Of a DNA stretch of 60,988 nt, positions 55,485 to 60,988 are shown piece after piece (the stretch's first letter is position 1; every line of letters starts with the position of its first letter). The notes below the pieces were generated by a model. The model saw nothing but the letters and a program-made list of their open reading frames with translations, was not told the origin of the DNA and did no database searches. Source of the stretch: a virus (taxonomy: Duplodnaviria; Caudoviricetes); the IMG/VR virus record IMGVR_UViG_3300031753_000298, positions 1-60,988 of that record. One strand, 5' to 3'. The translations under genes were made by a program, and so were the position numbers.

Positions 55485-58400
55485 ATGAAAACACTTAAGA
55501 TTTTAGGGCTGATGCTGATTTGCTTGATTGGAGCTCAGTTCGTCTCAGCTCAGGCCAACACCGGCTTCCCTCAGCACGGAACGTTCTCAAACGCTGGCGG
55601 CGGTATCGACACGATTGATTTGTCTAGTCTTAACGTTCACCTTTCTTTGCCTCTACGAAGTTTGAGCGCTGGCGATATGCCTGCGGTGGCAAAGCTAGTG
55701 GTGGACAATTCCGCTATACCCATCTCGTCTCCATTCCACTATCAATGGAACCCAGGTCTCCAGATAAATCCGAACACAATCGCATATCTCGGTAACAACA
55801 GTCCTTCCGGTTGGAAATGCGTGAACGGGCCGTTTACCGTATCCGGTGTCGTAGATTCAAACAACACGTTTCACAGCACCCCTCCTCTGACTGTGGCGTG
55901 CGGTAATTCAGGGACGACCACGCCAGGTACCGATGGATGGTCGTTAGAAGGAACGTTGAGTACTACTGGTGTGTGGACGACATTGACGGGCACCGATCCG
56001 GCAGGGAATGTATACAGCTTATTCCCCGGAACAAGTGTGACCGATCCGCATGGGAACAAAATTCAAGGATACTTTGATGTCAATTTTTGTCTCCAAGCCC
56101 GGTCATGTGGACCGCCGAACGGAGTAACATATTCCGGTTCTTTGACTGACGCCGCTAATGCCACAGTGCTGACTTCCTCGTCATCCATTGCATCGTTGAC
56201 GCCAACGGTGACTTACCCAGACGTGAACGGTGCTTCACAACCGATTACGTTGACCTATGGCCTATACAACGAGGACGCTTACTTTGGGTGCGCTGGAGAA
56301 ACGGACTATTGGGCTTCTGGCTTTGCAAATTATCTTCTAACCAGAGTAGCTTTTCCTGATGGTTCGTTCTACTCATTTGGGTATGAGCCAACGTTCAACC
56401 ATTCGACATTTACGACTGGACGTATCGCGTCTGTGACTCTTCCAACCGGCGGAATCATTCGATACGATTATTCAACCTATGGTACACACGGTCAGAATTG
56501 CAATCTCCAGCAGACTGCGGGATTCACGAAGACCACGCCGGACGGTGTGTGGAAGTTTGATAACTCCACGGGCACGAATGCGGCTCAGCACAACGTCACA
56601 GTGACCGCTCCTGATGGGACTTACACCGGATACAACTTCGATTACGAGTTTGAAACCTTGCGCCTGACCAAAACTGCTGTTGGCGGCACGACGCTCTCTA
56701 CAGTTACTACCTGCTACAACAATAATTTCACTGGATGCGCCACGTACAGCGGTCTGACAAATGGGCAAGCTATCACGCAAAAAAATGTCTACACCGACAT
56801 CGGTGCTTCGGCAGGCGCGGCCCAGGTCCAAACAAACTATGATTCCTATGGCCGGTTGACCGACGTTCGCAATTATGATTTTGGGCAGGGAGCAAATAAC
56901 TACGCCACGCATACCGCGCTTGTTTACGGTTCCTATAGCGGTGGCGTCTGCAATGCACTCACCGGCATCTTGAATCGTGTGTGCAGCACCACGGTTTTTG
57001 ATAGCTCTTCGCACATCCTGTCCTATGGTCTAGGTGTGTTCAATGCCTCGGGAGACCAAACACAACATCAGCAATTGGTCTCGGGTAACACCTATCTCAT
57101 TAGTTCCGCCTCGTACAACGCCAACGGAACCCTGCACACGACTACGGATGTTAACGGCACGATCACGAATTACACGCAGGGCGATTGTGGAGGGTTCTTT
57201 CCGACCGGCATCGCTGCTGGAGGAGTATCTCGATTCTTCGCTTGGGATTGCAATGGTGAAGTCATAAAGGCCGTAAATGACGGCAACGGTAATCCCGCGA
57301 CAGTGATCACCCATGCCGATCCTCTATGGCGACCTGATTCTGTGACTGATCCAACAGGAGCGCTAACCAGCTTCTCCTATACACCCACAAGCAGCACGTC
57401 ATCCATGTTGTTCGGGTTGAACTCACAAAACACGAGTGTGGTGACACTAGATTCGATGGGCCGTCCGTTCGACACGCAAGTTAAGAACGGGAGCACTTAC
57501 AAAACCTTCACGAGTGCGTATGATGTGAACGGGCGACCTTCTTCAACAACCCAACCGTGTTCTGTGGCTCTGGGTGCATCGTGCCCAACGGTCGAAACCA
57601 CACAGACGTATGACGGACTTAATCGACCCCTTGTGACCACAACCGCTGCGGGCGGAACCATAACGAACACGTACGCAGGGCGCGACGTATTGACTACACT
57701 CGGCCCGGCATCCACGGGAGAGAACGTCAAGAGTAAGCAGTACGAGTATGACGGGCTGGGTCGGTTGCTCTCCGTTTGCGAGATTAGCTCGATGACCGGC
57801 TCGGGTCCGTGCGGCCAGGATAGCGGCGGCACAGGGTTCCGAACAAGCTACACATATGATCCGCTGGGCCGGTTGCTGACTGTAACGCAAGGGGCGCAGA
57901 CTCGCACCTATGGCCCATACGACGGCCTGGGCCGGATGTCCCAAGAGATCAATCCAGAGAACGGAACGACCACCTACACCTACGATACAGCAGGCTGCTC
58001 AGGTACATCTAACGGCGATTTAGTTCGGCAAGCGGACGCCGTAGGCAACGTTACTTGCTACCACTACGACAATCTGCACAGAGTCACGTCTGTTACTTAT
58101 AGTGGCCCGTACCTCGCAAACACTCCCAGCAAAACGTTTGTGTATGACGCGGCGACTGTGAATGGACAGACTATGCAGAATGTCAACGGCCGTCTTGCCG
58201 AGGCTTACACAGGTGCTCGGGCTACGGACGAAGGCTTCAGCTACACAGCGCGAGGGGAGCTGGCCGACTACTACCAATCCAGCCCAACCTCGGGCGGTTT
58301 CTATCACACTGTGCAGAGCTACTGGCCGAACGGAACACTCGCGAGTATCTCCGGCGTCGGACTCCCGATCATTAACTACGGCGATATGGATGGGAGCGGC

Positions 58401-60215
58401 CTAGACGTGATGGGGAACGTTAAGACAGTGACCGCGAGTGCGGGAGTCAATCCTGTCTCGGCGGTTACGTACAGCAACTACAACTATGTTACGAGCGCGA
58501 CGTTCGGGTCTTCGGATGTTGCGACATTCAACTACGATGTTCACGGCCAGATGACGAAGTATCAAGAGGCCATCAACGGAACGATCGTGTCGGGTGTTCC
58601 GGCGTGGAACGCAAACGGGTCGCTCAAGAAACTCACAATTGTTGACCCGCTTAACTCCGGGGATGCTCAAACGTGCAACTACACACTAGAAGACTTAGCT
58701 CGTCTCTCGAAGGTGGATTGCGGAACAAAATGGGGCCAGACGTTTACGTATGACCCTTTTGGAAATATTGCGAAGCAAGTCATCTCCGGCGACGCGGGAC
58801 AGAACTTCCAGGCGACTTACAACACCAACAACCGAATTCATGATATAGGTGGACTTGTCCCGACCTACGACGCTAATGGAAACTTGTTGACAGATACATT
58901 CCACACCTACACATGGAACATCAACGGACGCCCGGCTACCGTGGATACCGCAACGCTGACTTACGATGCGTTCGATCACGTAATCGAGAAGACTGACGGC
59001 GGCGTGGATAACGAGTATGTCTACCTCGGCGGGCAGAAACTCGCCGTGATGGATGGGCAGGTTCAGAAGAACGCTTACGTTCCTTTACCGGGCGGAACAC
59101 AGGCCGTGTACGTCGCCGGAACTCTCTCGTTCTACCAAGTCCCTGATTGGCAAGGGAGCTACCGGATCGCTTCGACGCAGGGCCGAGCGCTCAAGTTTAG
59201 CCAAGCGTTCGCTCCGTTCGGGGAGTCTTATGCGTTGAGTGGGACCGGGAGCCGCCAGAGTTTCGCGGGCAACAATAGTGACACCGAAACGGACATGGCC
59301 GACGCCGGGATGCGCGAGGAACACACCACGCAGGGTCGGTGGATTTCTCCCGATCCGGCAGGGCTGGGCGCGGTGAGTTTGGCGGATCCGCAGAGTTGGA
59401 ACCGATACGCTTACGTGAGCAACAATCCGTTGATTAGTGTCGATCCTTCAGGACTAGAAGACCCCAATTTTGAAGAAAATCTTTATTTCAACAGCGGGGA
59501 ACATTTAGGCCAAGGCAATAGCTCCTTCTCCTCTTTGTGTTTTTGCACAAGCGGAGACAGCGAAAACACCGGAACTTTTTTAGATTTCGTTAACACTAGT
59601 CTCATGGGTGCCAACGGAAGCGGCAGCGACTCTCTTTTAGGGAACATGGAAGGAGTCTCAACGGAATCACAGCCGCTAGGCGGCGCGGGCGGTTCGTGGG
59701 ATGGGCCGCAGATGCTTAATTTCAGTGATCTGTGGAGTACAAGCGCAGGACAAAGTATAGAGTCAGCGTTTGCCCGTAACCCGGCTCACCCCGCCGTAGT
59801 GGGAGGTCCGGGGCTTTCCTCCTTCGAGATGAGTTCGATGTGGTTAACTGTGGGTAGCGCCCCAAGTTTCTTCAACATAAACAACACAGAAGCAGTATTC
59901 CATCCATCAGAGGCTCCCGCATTCCAACAGGAGGGGACAGCATTCAGGCAGTATTTAGTATCAAGGCCGGCGACCCGTAGAACAGGCGGACAGGCTTTGA
60001 TTTCTGTGTATCAGGAAGCTCTCGACGGCAGTGGCATGTGGCGCACTTCTAATCATTGGGGCACTATGACATCAACCAAATGGATGCTAGGCTCACCTGA
60101 GTATATGGAATCAATAGGCGGGTTGCGAGTAGAACCAGAGTTCTGGCTTTTCAACGAGCCAGTAACGGGATGGGTACGCTTTGCGGACATGACTCCCTAT
60201 GTGCCCGTGCCCTAG
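55485..60215 (+). CDS. Secreted RHS/YD-repeat protein with unknown C-terminal (toxin) domain
   Basis: AGAGGA Shine-Dalgarno; signal peptide MKTLKILGLMLICLIGAQFVSAQ; many YDxxGR repeats; core GRWISPDPAG...WNRYAYVSNNPLISVDPSGL; 252-aa tail. Confidence 0.92.
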   Translation: MKTLKILGLMLICLIGAQFVSAQANTGFPQHGTFSNAGGGIDTIDLSSLNVHLSLPLRSLSAGDMPAVAKLVVDNSAIPISSPFHYQWNPGLQINPNTIAYLGNNSPSGWKCVNGPFTVSGVVDSNNTFHSTPPLTVACGNSGTTTPGTDGWSLEGTLSTTGVWTTLTGTDPAGNVYSLFPGTSVTDPHGNKIQGYFDVNFCLQARSCGPPNGVTYSGSLTDAANATVLTSSSSIASLTPTVTYPDVNGASQPITLTYGLYNEDAYFGCAGETDYWASGFANYLLTRVAFPDGSFYSFGYEPTFNHSTFTTGRIASVTLPTGGIIRYDYSTYGTHGQNCNLQQTAGFTKTTPDGVWKFDNSTGTNAAQHNVTVTAPDGTYTGYNFDYEFETLRLTKTAVGGTTLSTVTTCYNNNFTGCATYSGLTNGQAITQKNVYTDIGASAGAAQVQTNYDSYGRLTDVRNYDFGQGANNYATHTALVYGSYSGGVCNALTGILNRVCSTTVFDSSSHILSYGLGVFNASGDQTQHQQLVSGNTYLISSASYNANGTLHTTTDVNGTITNYTQGDCGGFFPTGIAAGGVSRFFAWDCNGEVIKAVNDGNGNPATVITHADPLWRPDSVTDPTGALTSFSYTPTSSTSSMLFGLNSQNTSVVTLDSMGRPFDTQVKNGSTYKTFTSAYDVNGRPSSTTQPCSVALGASCPTVETTQTYDGLNRPLVTTTAAGGTITNTYAGRDVLTTLGPASTGENVKSKQYEYDGLGRLLSVCEISSMTGSGPCGQDSGGTGFRTSYTYDPLGRLLTVTQGAQTRTYGPYDGLGRMSQEINPENGTTTYTYDTAGCSGTSNGDLVRQADAVGNVTCYHYDNLHRVTSVTYSGPYLANTPSKTFVYDAATVNGQTMQNVNGRLAEAYTGARATDEGFSYTARGELADYYQSSPTSGGFYHTVQSYWPNGTLASISGVGLPIINYGDMDGSGLDVMGNVKTVTASAGVNPVSAVTYSNYNYVTSATFGSSDVATFNYDVHGQMTKYQEAINGTIVSGVPAWNANGSLKKLTIVDPLNSGDAQTCNYTLEDLARLSKVDCGTKWGQTFTYDPFGNIAKQVISGDAGQNFQATYNTNNRIHDIGGLVPTYDANGNLLTDTFHTYTWNINGRPATVDTATLTYDAFDHVIEKTDGGVDNEYVYLGGQKLAVMDGQVQKNAYVPLPGGTQAVYVAGTLSFYQVPDWQGSYRIASTQGRALKFSQAFAPFGESYALSGTGSRQSFAGNNSDTETDMADAGMREEHTTQGRWISPDPAGLGAVSLADPQSWNRYAYVSNNPLISVDPSGLEDPNFEENLYFNSGEHLGQGNSSFSSLCFCTSGDSENTGTFLDFVNTSLMGANGSGSDSLLGNMEGVSTESQPLGGAGGSWDGPQMLNFSDLWSTSAGQSIESAFARNPAHPAVVGGPGLSSFEMSSMWLTVGSAPSFFNINNTEAVFHPSEAPAFQQEGTAFRQYLVSRPATRRTGGQALISVYQEALDGSGMWRTSNHWGTMTSTKWMLGSPEYMESIGGLRVEPEFWLFNEPVTGWVRFADMTPYVPVP

Positions 60216-60445
60216 ATCGCAAGCTCCCAAGGACCGCACTCAATCGTGTCGTCGCTGGGGTCGCATGACTTGCCGTTGGTGTCGAAGCGCATACGTTCGT
60301 GAGCGTTCCATGTGCCATCGTTTTGCATCACGCCAGTTTGCACGTCCACGCCCGACGGCGTGACCTTGACCACTTTACCCTTGATGGAATAAACCCCGCT
60401 GACCACGTGAACGTCCTGACCAATCACCAATGTCTTCGTGTCCAT
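60212..60445 (-). CDS. Hypothetical protein
   Basis: GGGAG Shine-Dalgarno; convergent with the RHS gene, stop codons overlap. Confidence 0.55.
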   Translation of the reverse strand: MDTKTLVIGQDVHVVSGVYSIKGKVVKVTPSGVDVQTGVMQNDGTWNAHERMRFDTNGKSCDPSDDTIECGPWELAI

Positions 60446-60463
60446 AAGTCTCCCTCTTCTCCC

Positions 60464-60988
60464 TCAACTCAAAAATTTCTTGCTCAGATCTGAATCACAC
60501 TCTAACCGCGAATACATCATCGTGGCCTGGAGCGAACGGTGCCCCAACATCGCCTGCACCTCATTGATCGTCCCGAGCCGCGCCCACTTTCGTCCGCACG
60601 CGTGCCGGAATGCGTGGGGGTGACACTTGCGCAGGTCCACGTTCGCGCGCATCCCGGCATGCTGGATTTGCTGCCACAGATTCACGCGCGAGAACGGAAA
60701 GAGTCGGGCGTTCAGGAGCTTTGTTCTGCACAGAGCTTCGAGCTCGTCGCGCACTTGTGGCACGAGATACTGCCGGGTGAGCCGGCCGTTCTTCAGCCGC
60801 TGGATGACCAGCTCGCCATTCTTGATATTCTGCGGAGTCAGCATGAGCAGTTCACTTGCGCGTAAGCCGTAATGATACAGGATGCGGATGGGGAGTTTCC
60901 AGTACTCCGGCCGAACCTTCGCGATGAGCGCCTGGGCCTCAGCATCCGTGATGTAGATCCAATCGTGGGTCGGATCTTTGTATCTCAT
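60464..60988 (-). CDS. Short tyrosine recombinase (catalytic domain; FimB/FimE-like)
   Basis: YGLRASEL, RLKNG, HPHAFRHACG, LGH.S...T..Y. The ATG is the last codon in the window, so the gene may extend further. Confidence 0.88.
   Translation of the reverse strand: MRYKDPTHDWIYITDAEAQALIAKVRPEYWKLPIRILYHYGLRASELLMLTPQNIKNGELVIQRLKNGRLTRQYLVPQVRDELEALCRTKLLNARLFPFSRVNLWQQIQHAGMRANVDLRKCHPHAFRHACGRKWARLGTINEVQAMLGHRSLQATMMYSRLECDSDLSKKFLS

Overview
The whole window reads as most of one ~61 kb tailed-phage genome (podovirus-like) with no recognisable host housekeeping genes. The + strand (2.2-35.2 kb) carries packaging and virion genes: TerS, intein-containing TerL, portal, scaffold, major capsid, adaptor, nozzle, fibres and ejection proteins. 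The - strand (35.2-50.8 kb) carries lysis, nucleotide-metabolism, replication and recombination genes: cell-wall hydrolase, DUF5664, NDT-like, MazG, histidine phosphatase, metallophosphoesterase, primase-polymerase, PolA, UDG-like, UvrD, Sak4-like and Cas4-like. These are followed by a RepA-like helicase with an iteron-rich putative origin, a secreted RHS/YD-repeat toxin and a short tyrosine recombinase. The strongest unexplained signals are: (1) the octamer CTGTGCAG/CTGCACAG, about 70 copies by hand count against ~2 expected, with no strand bias; (2) an HNH endonuclease encoded in a second reading frame inside the TerL intein, with its own leaderless promoter; (3) a circularly permuted Cas4-like nuclease; (4) a 20-bp quasi-palindromic operator in 5 copies at module boundaries; (5) a phage-borne RHS toxin with no obvious immunity gene. 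All family calls come from motif recognition by eye, not database searches, and all counts are manual.
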